A stretch of 64,000 nt of DNA from Candidatus Bathyarchaeota archaeon (GTDB taxonomy: Archaea > Thermoproteota > Bathyarchaeia > Bathyarchaeales > Bathycorpusculaceae), in assembly GCA_022865455.1 (NCBI GenBank), contig JALHSY010000055.1, positions 3,965-67,964 of the forward strand, written 5' to 3'. How positions within the stretch are numbered: the first letter of the stretch is position 1; each line of letters begins with the position of its first letter. Both the position numbers and the translations under genes were made by a program. The notes under the pieces were generated by a model that had not been told where the DNA came from, made no database searches, and worked only from the letters and a program-made list of their open reading frames with translations. Shown in pieces: positions 34,222-42,750 of this stretch.

Positions 34222-34494
34222 TCACAACAATCTGAAGTAGGCCACCTTCTCAAGATCTTTCTCTCCCTTCTTTTCTCTGACTAGTGGGTGACGTTCGACA
34301 GTCTTCAGAGCCGACTTCACATTTTCCTCTTTGAGATCAGTTGCTCTAGCGATGTCTGCAGGTGAGCGCCAAACATTGGGATTTTGTCTCAAATACAAGA
34401 AGACTCTAGCCCGCGAACCAAAAGGGAGTTCTTCTGTTCTTTCATCGTCCGCTACTGGCTTTCCGTCTCTAATTCCGATTTCTATCCTTTTCAC
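34222..34494 (-). CDS. Small winged-helix DNA-binding protein (paralog of 62234..62503)
   Basis: RVFLYLRQNPNVWRSPADIARATDLKEENVKSALKTVERHPLV...YFRLL aligns at roughly 45 percent identity with the ORF at 62234. Confidence 0.6.
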   Translation of the reverse strand: MKRIEIGIRDGKPVADDERTEELPFGSRARVFLYLRQNPNVWRSPADIARATDLKEENVKSALKTVERHPLVREKKGEKDLEKVAYFRLL

Positions 34495-34630
34495 CTCCTA
34501 TGCCCTATAGAAAGGCCAAACCTGACCCCAATTAGAGTTCTTGAGCTCCTTTTATTTTAGTTTTGCGCCTCATTTTCGGCGCTTCATTTGTCCACAGCGG
34601 CATTGCACAGCGCATTTCAATGCATCTTTC

Positions 34631-34650
34631 CGTTTTATGCCTATAAAACG
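34631..34650. promoter_or_regulatory. Palindrome CGTTTTAT-GCCT-ATAAAACG (copy 3 of 3)
   Basis: Lies 137 nt upstream of the wHTH gene start at 34494. Confidence 0.6.
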
Positions 34651-34702
34651 AAAATGACGGCAAATCTTATTATAAAAATCCTTGATGCAGTTAGCAGAAG
34701 GT

Positions 34703-34745
34703 GAAGGCGGGGTGGCCATCACCTGCTAGGAGGCCAACCCCCTTC
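34703..34745. other. GC-rich stem-loop (13 bp with one bulge and one mismatch, 14-nt loop)
   Basis: GAAGGCGGGGTGGCC-loop-GGCCAACCCCCTTC, paired by hand. It contains the 8-mer GCCATCAC. Confidence 0.5.
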
Positions 34746-35248
34746 ATAGTCTCACTTTAAACAATGAACTGGACGAAATCCACACTTCAAGAGCTTTTTC
34801 TTTTGTTCCAAAAAAGAGATGTTGAAACTCCCGACAAGTCCTGCCTTTCTTGAGGAAGAAGCTGCATGGAAGACGCAGAATCTGGAGGCATGAGGAGGCG
34901 CGACTGCATTAGATTTTTTGACTATCGAAAGAGGGCGTAATTCTCTGATTGTATGTGCCAATCTTGCTCGACGTCGTCTCAAGTCAGTTTCGAAACTCTT
35001 AGTAGAATACTGCCCTTTTCATCTTCAACAAAGACGATGAGGTTTCCTATTTTGGCATTTAGCTTTTCTTGCACGGATTTGACGAGGGTTACTCTATATT
35101 TTGGGCCGACCTTGCTAGTTCCTAAAACTTTCTCCACTTGTGTCACCCTCGCCTGTTTCTACTCTGCATAGACTGTTAAAAGTAGGTGAGTAAAGTAGCA
35201 CAAGTGTTAAATGTCGCACGAAGCAACGTCAAATGGGGACCGACTAAA

Positions 35249-36016
35249 ATGAGGAGAGAAATCCCTTTAGTGGTGTTGGTTTTATTTTTTCAGACCATAC
35301 TATTAGCACAGTTTGCAACACCAGTTGAAGCAAACACAACTCTAAATGTCTTGAGTCAAACGGGATACCTAGCCTCTGCTGGACAATATCTTGTTGTAGG
35401 AGAAACACAAAATGTTGGAAATCAAGCGGTCCATATGGTGAATATGACAGTATCATTCTATAATGCAAGTGACAATCTGATATGGATTGGCCACGGCGGC
35501 TTCATGCTGGATACAATTAATCCTGGCTGTAAGTCTCCTTTCATGTGTCTTATAAATAGCGAGATTTTGGCAAGCCAAGTGAACCACTATTCAGTGGAGA
35601 TATCGTCATTTGAACCTACAAACCCAAAGCCTGTAGGTCTCAGGATTGTGACGAATAGTTCCTACATCGATGAATACGGGGATATGGTCATAAATGGAAC
35701 CATCAAGAACACCGGGACCACGACTGCGTCTATGCTCACAATATGGGCAACCTACTATGATACACATGGAAATGTCACGGACGTCAGAGAAGAAGCTTTG
35801 ACAGTTTCACTGTACCCTAACCTGACTTTCCCTTTTGAGATAAAGCTATATGAGCCAAATAGAGTGCCTAGCATCACTAGCTATGAACTAACTGCAGAAT
35901 CATACGAATATGCATCGATCCCTGAATTTCCATCAGCCGCACTTTGGTTGCTAGTAATGGTTTGCGCTCTAGTCGCAGTTGCTAAGAAGAAAAACGCACA
36001 TCATGTTCTTGCGTGA
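35249..36016 (+). CDS. Secreted PEF-CTERM (archaeosortase-sorted) surface protein
   Basis: The ATG at 35249 gives the signal peptide MRREIPLVVLVLFFQTILLAQFATPVEA. The C-terminus has IPEFPSAALWLLVMVCALVAVAKKK. There are multiple N-x-S/T sequons. Confidence 0.75.
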   Translation: MRREIPLVVLVLFFQTILLAQFATPVEANTTLNVLSQTGYLASAGQYLVVGETQNVGNQAVHMVNMTVSFYNASDNLIWIGHGGFMLDTINPGCKSPFMCLINSEILASQVNHYSVEISSFEPTNPKPVGLRIVTNSSYIDEYGDMVINGTIKNTGTTTASMLTIWATYYDTHGNVTDVREEALTVSLYPNLTFPFEIKLYEPNRVPSITSYELTAESYEYASIPEFPSAALWLLVMVCALVAVAKKKNAHHVLA

Positions 36017-36078
36017 ATGGCAGAACAAATGCAAAACTCAAAAACAAGGAGACTCAAAGGATAAAAAAGAAGGTCCAA

Positions 36079-36723
36079 ATGCGAAAAGTATTGGCAATAG
36101 GCATCTCGATCTTAGTTGCAGCTATAAGTCTCAATTGCCTAGGCGCACAGTTTCACGTGGCATATGCCTCGCCAAGCTTCAGTTTTAGAGTTCGATTTCC
36201 CAGCTTTGTTCCCGACAGCTGGATACAAAATGACTACATCTTGGCTGTTGAATTGGAAATTCCTTCCGTGAGTTATTATGACGAAAAGAGGACTGACTGT
36301 AGCAGGTATCTTTCTCAACTTCCCCCCTTAGAATTTTCTATTGACGACTCTTGGATAGGGCTAAACGCAAAGATTACAATTGTTGCTCGATGGCATCTTG
36401 ATGATGTCATCATCGACATCAACCCTAACCCCGCTGATGGACGCTGGGGTCCTCTTTACAAACAAGCATCAGCTCTCGTCCTTTCGTATGTCATAGGTGC
36501 TAGCCCCGTGCAAGGGTCTGCAGACGGAAAGGATGACGGATACCTCTTAGATTATCCGCATGACGCCCATTTCAGTTACACATTAGAAACTTTGCAGGAT
36601 GGAAACGTCATCCCTGAATTTCCAGCCTGGACATTATTTCTAGCCGCCACAGGAATCTCCACACTTACAGTTGTCTCAGTTACAAGAAAGGCAAAACGCT
36701 ACCTCCATAACGTTGCCACTTAA
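36079..36723 (+). CDS. Secreted PEF-CTERM (archaeosortase-sorted) surface protein
   Basis: The ATG at 36079 gives the signal peptide MRKVLAIGISILVAAISLNCLGAQ. The C-terminus has IPEFPAWTLFLAATGISTLTVVSVTRKAKR. Confidence 0.75.
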   Translation: MRKVLAIGISILVAAISLNCLGAQFHVAYASPSFSFRVRFPSFVPDSWIQNDYILAVELEIPSVSYYDEKRTDCSRYLSQLPPLEFSIDDSWIGLNAKITIVARWHLDDVIIDINPNPADGRWGPLYKQASALVLSYVIGASPVQGSADGKDDGYLLDYPHDAHFSYTLETLQDGNVIPEFPAWTLFLAATGISTLTVVSVTRKAKRYLHNVAT

Positions 36724-37024
36724 GAAGCCCTATCTCTTTCCATGAAACTGCTATCTGTGTTGAGAGCGCTTGCAATTTCGACAAGGAGCCGCAGAACAAG
36801 TCCGCCTGTTCTGCTGTTACATTTTGCCTCGGGATCAGCGACGGCACCTCGTCAATCGCTACCAGCTTCTTCAGCGCTCCACATTTCACAACTCTAACGG
36901 TGTTTTCAAGTGCGTTCTCTGCAGTTGTTCTTTGGTCAAAACGTGCGTCAATGAGAATTGCTAAAACTCTTTCGAAGTTATTATCAAAAAATTGCTCAGC
37001 ATCCTTGTGCCTAAACCAAATCAT
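36680..37024 (-). CDS. Hypothetical protein
   Basis: 114-aa ORF whose start lies 20 nt downstream of 21-mer copy B. It overlaps the convergent PEF-CTERM gene end by 44 nt. Confidence 0.35.
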   Translation of the reverse strand: MIWFRHKDAEQFFDNNFERVLAILIDARFDQRTTAENALENTVRVVKCGALKKLVAIDEVPSLIPRQNVTAEQADLFCGSLSKLQALSTQIAVSWKEIGLLKWQRYGGSVLPFL

Positions 37025-37043
37025 AAATGGATCTGGTGCTCGG

Positions 37044-37064
37044 GATACTGTTAAGTTATTTGTG
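37044..37064 (+). repeat. 21-nt repeat GATACTGTTAAGTTATTTGTG (copy B)
   Basis: Identical to 16203-16223. It sits between the GHKL gene stop and the next minus-strand ORF. Confidence 0.75.
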
Positions 37065-37069
37065 ATAGT

Positions 37070-38434
37070 CTAATTAAGTTCGCCTTGTTGCCTGAGGAAG
37101 TAGCAAGTAGCTTTGTCCACTTCAAGGTTTGTTTGCTCATGGCTCCACTTTCTGGATTCTGGATTGATACTTACCGCAACTCTTGAGAGATACGGCAAAA
37201 GTCTTAGCCATTTTGGACCAAGTGAGGGTTTATTTTTCAACGCAAACCTATAGAGCGCGTTAGTTCTGTTCTTTACGATAATATTCGGTTCGACATAAAA
37301 TAGGGGTTCTTTTTCACTTCCATAATCTTGATCAACCCACATAATGCCGTAGTTTGTTTGAGTCGTTCTCCTAATTGGTTTGCTTGTCTTAGTCAAGGTA
37401 TGTAACTTCACGTAATCTGGTGGTTGTACATCCTTTTCTATTGTTGACCTCTTACTTTTCTTGCGTTCTCTGGTGTTCAGCGCAGTAAGCGTACTTTCCG
37501 TCCCTTTCCCGAACGGGATTCCTCCTTTGGGGAGCAGTTTCATGTCTTTGAGATAATTTTTCATTAGCTTAGAGAGCTCATTCCCCATACGTATCTCGTC
37601 TCTGCCCATCTCTTCTTCTCTTTTCGGGAATCGCGTTACATATTCTTTCAAATGTTCAAAAAAATCGCTATATGTCTTATCTTTGACCAATTCATTTCTT
37701 GACGTGGTGGGAATTAGCTCGTTGCAGTTGACCCAGCCTCCAAAGTTCCTCTCAGGGTCGACTAGGACTGAATTGACAAAGACATGCTTGACGTAAAGAT
37801 CCAAGGAGCCATGACCTTTTCTCTCTTGTTTGACATTTCCTGCGACACCAATTCCACCCTTGATTCTAAACAAGAATCTTTCATTCTTGTCTACTTTTGA
37901 TGTAAGACATGTTCCATTGAGATTGATCTCTACACCATCTGCAATACGGAGACCAAAAGCCCGTTTCAGATACTCTGATAACTCATCATTTGACGGAACA
38001 TCTACAGGATTGAGGATACTTACTCGTGTTCCTTGATGCTCTAAGTATTCCTCCTTAGCACCTATGTTAGCGTCAAGAAATTCGGGCGTCATAACGATGT
38101 CAATACCAAACTTTCCGTTATTTGTTTTGAAATTGACATTCTTGCCCATGCGCAAAAGTGACAGTTTTCCCAATCCTTTCATTCCTATGGTTTCACCGCC
38201 TCGCTTTGCTTTTGTATAATCGCCGAATGTTCTGAACTTCTCTAGATCTTGAACGCCCTCACCCCAATCTTCGACAATAATCTCACTCCGTGAGGCTTGT
38301 ATCTCTACTTTCTTGCTACCTTCATCTAACGAATTGGAAATTGCCTCACGAAAAGACTCAAGACTTGAAGGGTAAAGCCTTAAGGCAAGTTCATAGATTA
38401 TGTCGATTCCAGCCTTATGTTCAAGTCTCATCAA
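37070..38434 (-). CDS. GHKL-superfamily (HATPase_c_3 / MORC-like) ATPase
   Basis: Bergerat-fold motifs: FREAISNSLDEG (N box), VEDWGEGV (G1) and IGMKGLGKLS (G2). Confidence 0.75.
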   Translation of the reverse strand: MMRLEHKAGIDIIYELALRLYPSSLESFREAISNSLDEGSKKVEIQASRSEIIVEDWGEGVQDLEKFRTFGDYTKAKRGGETIGMKGLGKLSLLRMGKNVNFKTNNGKFGIDIVMTPEFLDANIGAKEEYLEHQGTRVSILNPVDVPSNDELSEYLKRAFGLRIADGVEINLNGTCLTSKVDKNERFLFRIKGGIGVAGNVKQERKGHGSLDLYVKHVFVNSVLVDPERNFGGWVNCNELIPTTSRNELVKDKTYSDFFEHLKEYVTRFPKREEEMGRDEIRMGNELSKLMKNYLKDMKLLPKGGIPFGKGTESTLTALNTRERKKSKRSTIEKDVQPPDYVKLHTLTKTSKPIRRTTQTNYGIMWVDQDYGSEKEPLFYVEPNIIVKNRTNALYRFALKNKPSLGPKWLRLLPYLSRVAVSINPESRKWSHEQTNLEVDKATCYFLRQQGELN

Positions 38435-38524
38435 GTCTGCTTCTCCTGAATATTACCTTCCCCAATTAATTGTCAGGCAAATCCTTATATTAGGTTTATT
38501 ATACTACCAAAAAAGGTTTTATAG

Positions 38525-38548
38525 GGTTTCGAACAATAGTTCGAAACC
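38525..38548. promoter_or_regulatory. Perfect 10-bp inverted repeat GGTTTCGAAC-AATA-GTTCGAAACC abutting an ATG
   Basis: Ends one nucleotide before the start codon at 38549. Confidence 0.55.
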
Positions 38549-38881
38549 ATGGCACTAGTCAAATCCACATGTCCCAAGTGTGGCGAAGAAGGAACACAAT
38601 CGATTACCTATAAGCCCTCAAAACGAAATCCAAAATATCAATACCTAACTTATGTTCACAGCAAGGATAGGAGATGTTTCATCGGTAGAATAAAAAACAC
38701 TGATGAAGTCATGGGTGAACTAAACAGACCAGAAGCAAAGGAAGAATACGAAAAGGCTTTCAAAGAGATAATTAGGGAATTGAAGGAATTGGTCGATCAC
38801 TATAGGCATATGAGTGGCGGCGGTTCTTTCAATGCGCTAGTCAGACGTTTGCAGGACTTAGTTAAGAAGTATGGTTACTGA
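38549..38881 (+). CDS. Zinc-ribbon plus helical small protein
   Basis: 110 aa with CPKCG...HSKDRRC. It is divergent from the GHKL gene. Confidence 0.5.
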   Translation: MALVKSTCPKCGEEGTQSITYKPSKRNPKYQYLTYVHSKDRRCFIGRIKNTDEVMGELNRPEAKEEYEKAFKEIIRELKELVDHYRHMSGGGSFNALVRRLQDLVKKYGY

Positions 38882-38893
38882 TCGATCGATCGA

Positions 38894-41029
38894 CTATTTC
38901 TTAAGTCTACTCTTCACGAGTTCCAGTATCTTTGCCGACTTCTTCCCTGTTCCGACTCCTTTGATATACCGTAATTCTTCTTTGAATTTCGCTTCGCCAA
39001 GTCTCTCGTACATCTCTGCGAAAATATCCATTATAGAACCTTTATAGTTCAGAGGGGGCTTGCGAAAGATGGTTTCGCAACGATTTCTAATTTTCCTAGT
39101 AGTTTCTCTACCAATACCTCTGAGTCTAATAAGCGGAAGTTCCTCTTCGGTCACTCCAAATCGGATTCTATCTCGAAAGTCTCGGAACTCCTTAGGAACA
39201 GGTATGTTCTTCTTTTGTGCTAACTTTTCGTATAATAATAGGAGTTTCCCCATCTCACTTGCGACTTGGGGAAGTTGACTCGTATAGACCTTGTAGTTTT
39301 CTTCAATGTCGCTCAAGTCATTGTTCTCCATCCATCCGAAAAACATTGCATATGCTGAGTATTCTGGACTGTCAAGGTCAGATACTGGCACTCCGATTTT
39401 TTCATAGAAGCTGATTATTTCTTCCGACTTTTCCCGAGGAACCTTACTAAGGCATGCGCCCTCAAACAGAGAAGATATCATGTGAATGATATTGTGATCC
39501 ATTCTCAATTTCCTCTCCGTTTCCAAGATCCTGTTCAGTGTTATGAATGGTGTTAGTTCATAAAAGGAAAATGTTCGGAACAAGAAATCAATAGTGACTT
39601 CTCCTAAATCTGTAAGCTTGTTTCCAGGAGCACCTAATGGAACAATGAACCCAGCATCGTACAAATACTGGGCATGAGATTTTAGAATTGAAAAGAGATC
39701 AAATGGCACCAATTGGTTTTCTTCTTTCCTAGATTGGAAATTGTAGAAGGTATTCTCAAAGAATTTCACTATCTCTTTGTCTTTGGATCTTCCAGAGTAT
39801 ATCAACTCCAGAATGGTTTTCCTGAAATAATCATCTCGTCCAACATGAGAAATGGCTGTTTCTATCTTTCCATCAAGATACTTCTCCACATTGTCCCTCT
39901 TCTTCTTCTTTACGATGAAGGCATATCCTTCTTTCTCGAAGTCTGGTCTACCAGCACGACCTGCCATCTGAATATACATGTATATTGGGATGTCTGTTCT
40001 TTTGCTCGGAACGGAAGGGTCATAGAAAGATGTATCAGCAACTATCACACTTTTTGCTGGGAGATTTACTCCGTAAGCAAGTCCAGTTGTTGCGAATAAG
40101 TAGTAGATTTTTCTTTCAACGAACAATTCTTGAACAAGATTCTTCAGTCTTTGATCAAGACCTGAGTGATGAAATCCGACTCCCTTCAGCAAGCATCTGC
40201 GAAGCTCTTCCTCGAGACTTGTTAACTTGTCACGAGATAGGGCTTTGCCGAATGCAAGGTCAAGATCTCCTTCTTTGAAGACATTTTTTCCCAAGAGTGA
40301 GCACATTGTTTGAGCTCTGGATTTCGTGGACTCCTTTGTGGTGCAGAAGACCAGATATGGCCCCTTTGCCATCTCAAGAAGCCTTTTGCAGAGTTCCTTG
40401 TTCTGCACCGCTTGACCAGTGTTGCTTAAATCAATGATTGCATGATTGATCTTGACCTTTCTCGCCTCTTCTGGCACTACGACTACATTGGCTCTTAGCC
40501 ACTCCCCAATCTCACCTTTGTCCTCAAACGTTGCGGAAAGACAAATGACTCGGATGCCGAGTTCCTTGAGAATTGTGATGACCTTTTCCAGATTGAATCC
40601 TCTCATAGGATCGTACAAGATGTGAAATTCGTCAATAATAGCTAAACCAAATCCCTCAGCTCTATGTCGTGAGACCAGTGCTGTCTTGTAAAAAGATTCG
40701 AAAGTAGTGATAACTATATCAGAACCGTTCCAATCTGCTGGAGAAGATTTTGCTCCAGCGATCTTTGCTGGCAAAACTTCAAAATCCTTCTCTTTCTCAG
40801 AAATGAGCGAAGTCATGGGCACCAAATAGGCGACTCTTTCACCAGAATTTAGGGCCTGTAACATCGCGAGTTGAGCTACGCCAGTCTTTCCTGAAGCAGT
40901 AGGAGCGATAACAACAAAATTACCTTCAGATTCGAGAAGACCATCTTCTACTGCCCTTGTTTGAGTGATATTGAGTTCCTTCCAACCTTTCAACTCCAGA
41001 AGCTTAGCAATTGTTTCATTTACTGCCAT
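38894..41029 (-). CDS. Ski2/Hel308-like DEAD/DEAH superfamily-2 helicase
   Basis: Contains VIAPTASGKTGVA (motif I), IIDEFHIL (II), LSATFED (III), VGFHHSGL, QMAGRAGRP (VI), and C-terminal HhH-like RLRGIGRETTRKI and IKGVGTGKKSAKI. Confidence 0.85.
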   Translation of the reverse strand: MAVNETIAKLLELKGWKELNITQTRAVEDGLLESEGNFVVIAPTASGKTGVAQLAMLQALNSGERVAYLVPMTSLISEKEKDFEVLPAKIAGAKSSPADWNGSDIVITTFESFYKTALVSRHRAEGFGLAIIDEFHILYDPMRGFNLEKVITILKELGIRVICLSATFEDKGEIGEWLRANVVVVPEEARKVKINHAIIDLSNTGQAVQNKELCKRLLEMAKGPYLVFCTTKESTKSRAQTMCSLLGKNVFKEGDLDLAFGKALSRDKLTSLEEELRRCLLKGVGFHHSGLDQRLKNLVQELFVERKIYYLFATTGLAYGVNLPAKSVIVADTSFYDPSVPSKRTDIPIYMYIQMAGRAGRPDFEKEGYAFIVKKKKRDNVEKYLDGKIETAISHVGRDDYFRKTILELIYSGRSKDKEIVKFFENTFYNFQSRKEENQLVPFDLFSILKSHAQYLYDAGFIVPLGAPGNKLTDLGEVTIDFLFRTFSFYELTPFITLNRILETERKLRMDHNIIHMISSLFEGACLSKVPREKSEEIISFYEKIGVPVSDLDSPEYSAYAMFFGWMENNDLSDIEENYKVYTSQLPQVASEMGKLLLLYEKLAQKKNIPVPKEFRDFRDRIRFGVTEEELPLIRLRGIGRETTRKIRNRCETIFRKPPLNYKGSIMDIFAEMYERLGEAKFKEELRYIKGVGTGKKSAKILELVKSRLKK

Positions 41030-41144
41030 CAGATGAATTCCTCTATACTTAGTGAGTGTATCGAAAATAAAACTATCTCAATGTTATTGAAACAGGGATC
41101 GATCGATTGCAAGTAGCGACGAAACATACATTGCCAAGGCCAAA

Positions 41145-41474
41145 TTGGACGAGGCTTTCAAGAAGCTGAGCAAATACCTCAGCGTGACCGGTGTAGAAGA
41201 AGATAAGAAACCGCTGCAAGAAATAGTAGTCCAACAGGAAACTGAGATTACGAACCTTCGCAATCGGTTGGACGTTGTCGTCAAGGCAGGGGAAAAGAGT
41301 AGGGAAGAACTTGACGAGATGCGACAACAGCTGAGCTCGCTAGCTTCTGAGGTCGGCCAGCTGGCGAGTAGGTTGAGCATGATGCGAGCACCAATCCCGA
41401 CGAAGGAAAACAGGAAAGCCAGCTCAAAAGCTGCAAAGACCTTGGAAAAAGAAGGATTCGTCATCGAGAAGTGA
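41145..41474 (+). CDS. Hypothetical coiled-coil protein
   Basis: 109-aa ORF with a TTG start. Its composition looks more protein-like than that of the overlapping antisense ORFs. Confidence 0.35.
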   Translation: MDEAFKKLSKYLSVTGVEEDKKPLQEIVVQQETEITNLRNRLDVVVKAGEKSREELDEMRQQLSSLASEVGQLASRLSMMRAPIPTKENRKASSKAAKTLEKEGFVIEK

Positions 41475-41544
41475 TTATTCAAGACACTTTTTACATAGCG
41501 CACGCGCTAAATTGTTTGATCTTTCTGTGTGCAGGGGCTTCAAC

Positions 41545-42750
41545 TTAATAATCTGCACCCAATTTGCCGCTAAGGTAGTGAAGAAGATCGGCTCTGAACC
41601 CGTAAAAAGGTTTTCCCACAGATGTTGGAAAATATTCTCGTGCTAGTTTCTCGTCGTATGTGGCATCCTCACGTTTCTTCACTTTTTCTACTACTATCTG
41701 GTCTTTGGATCCGTGTACATAGATCGCAGCTATATGACCGCCAGTAACTCTTCCTTCAATAGGACCATCAATAAAGTAGCGAACAATCACTTGAACAGGT
41801 TGAAGCCAATTCTGGAACATCTCCTTGAGGAACGGAAATCTCGCCGCCAATTCTCTTCTTTTGCTTATCTCTTTGTATGTCCAATTGAATGCAAATGAAT
41901 CCGAAATCTTGTATGCATCAAAAAGGATTCCCCTTTGAGCACGATTGAAATTCTTTATTTCTTTCTTCAGTTCATCTACTCCGGAAAAGAACGGGTGCTC
42001 CCAATTCAAATAGATTTTTTCGCTTTCTACATCAAATCGAATACCCTCAGAAAGTGCATCCCCAATAGGCGGTAAAGAGAAGACCTTGGAAAAAACTTCA
42101 GTTTTAGATCCTAATGACTCAGATGTTTTATTCACGATAACTTGGTCCTCTCTTTTCGTGCTTCGGTAGTACCTTGTCGCTATTGTTCGATCTTTTTCAT
42201 TATATAAGACGAAAACTTCAAGCTTGCTAATCCATGATGGCACTGCTGGTTCAAGCTGCGGAAACTCAACAGCTACCAATTCTCGTCTATATCCAAGTAA
42301 ATCCTTGTACCATTTTTCAAGAGCCTCTGCATCATCTTTAAAACTTCCCCAATATTGCTTGGCAAGTTTCTTTCTAATTTCTGTCCCTTCACTATCAAGA
42401 ATTGCAAAAAAGGGGAATAGAGGTATCCTGTCTAATGGAAGTTTCAATATAGTAAGTACCTCGACGCCCTCTTTTTGGAGTTTTGGAGGTATCGTTAATA
42501 ACATTTCTCGGGTCTCATTCTCTTCCATTGCTTGGATTATTCCGGAATGTACAATACCATTTATGGAGAATCTCAAGAAAACACCGTTGGGCTTTTCGTA
42601 TTCCTTTTGTTCGATCTTCTTCACTTGCCAAAGTTGCAGTTTAAGTCTTCTCAACTCCTGCTGCAATGAAGTTACCCCAGCGGCACCGCTTACGAAAACG
42701 GCGTTTTTCTTGGGAAACAACTCGCTAATTATCTCGTTAATGCTTTTCAA
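41545..42750 (-). CDS. Hypothetical protein, partner of the HD-domain gene
   Basis: 401-aa ORF. Its start overlaps the stop of 42747..43901 by 4 nt. No motif recognised. Confidence 0.6.
   Translation of the reverse strand: MKSINEIISELFPKKNAVFVSGAAGVTSLQQELRRLKLQLWQVKKIEQKEYEKPNGVFLRFSINGIVHSGIIQAMEENETREMLLTIPPKLQKEGVEVLTILKLPLDRIPLFPFFAILDSEGTEIRKKLAKQYWGSFKDDAEALEKWYKDLLGYRRELVAVEFPQLEPAVPSWISKLEVFVLYNEKDRTIATRYYRSTKREDQVIVNKTSESLGSKTEVFSKVFSLPPIGDALSEGIRFDVESEKIYLNWEHPFFSGVDELKKEIKNFNRAQRGILFDAYKISDSFAFNWTYKEISKRRELAARFPFLKEMFQNWLQPVQVIVRYFIDGPIEGRVTGGHIAAIYVHGSKDQIVVEKVKKREDATYDEKLAREYFPTSVGKPFYGFRADLLHYLSGKLGADY

Noticed and set aside
38882-41108. GATCGATCGAT at both ends of the Hel308-like gene, as a target-site duplication.
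   Set aside because: An 11-nt low-complexity palindromic match is expected many times by chance among all pairs in 64 kb. No further flank similarity was found.
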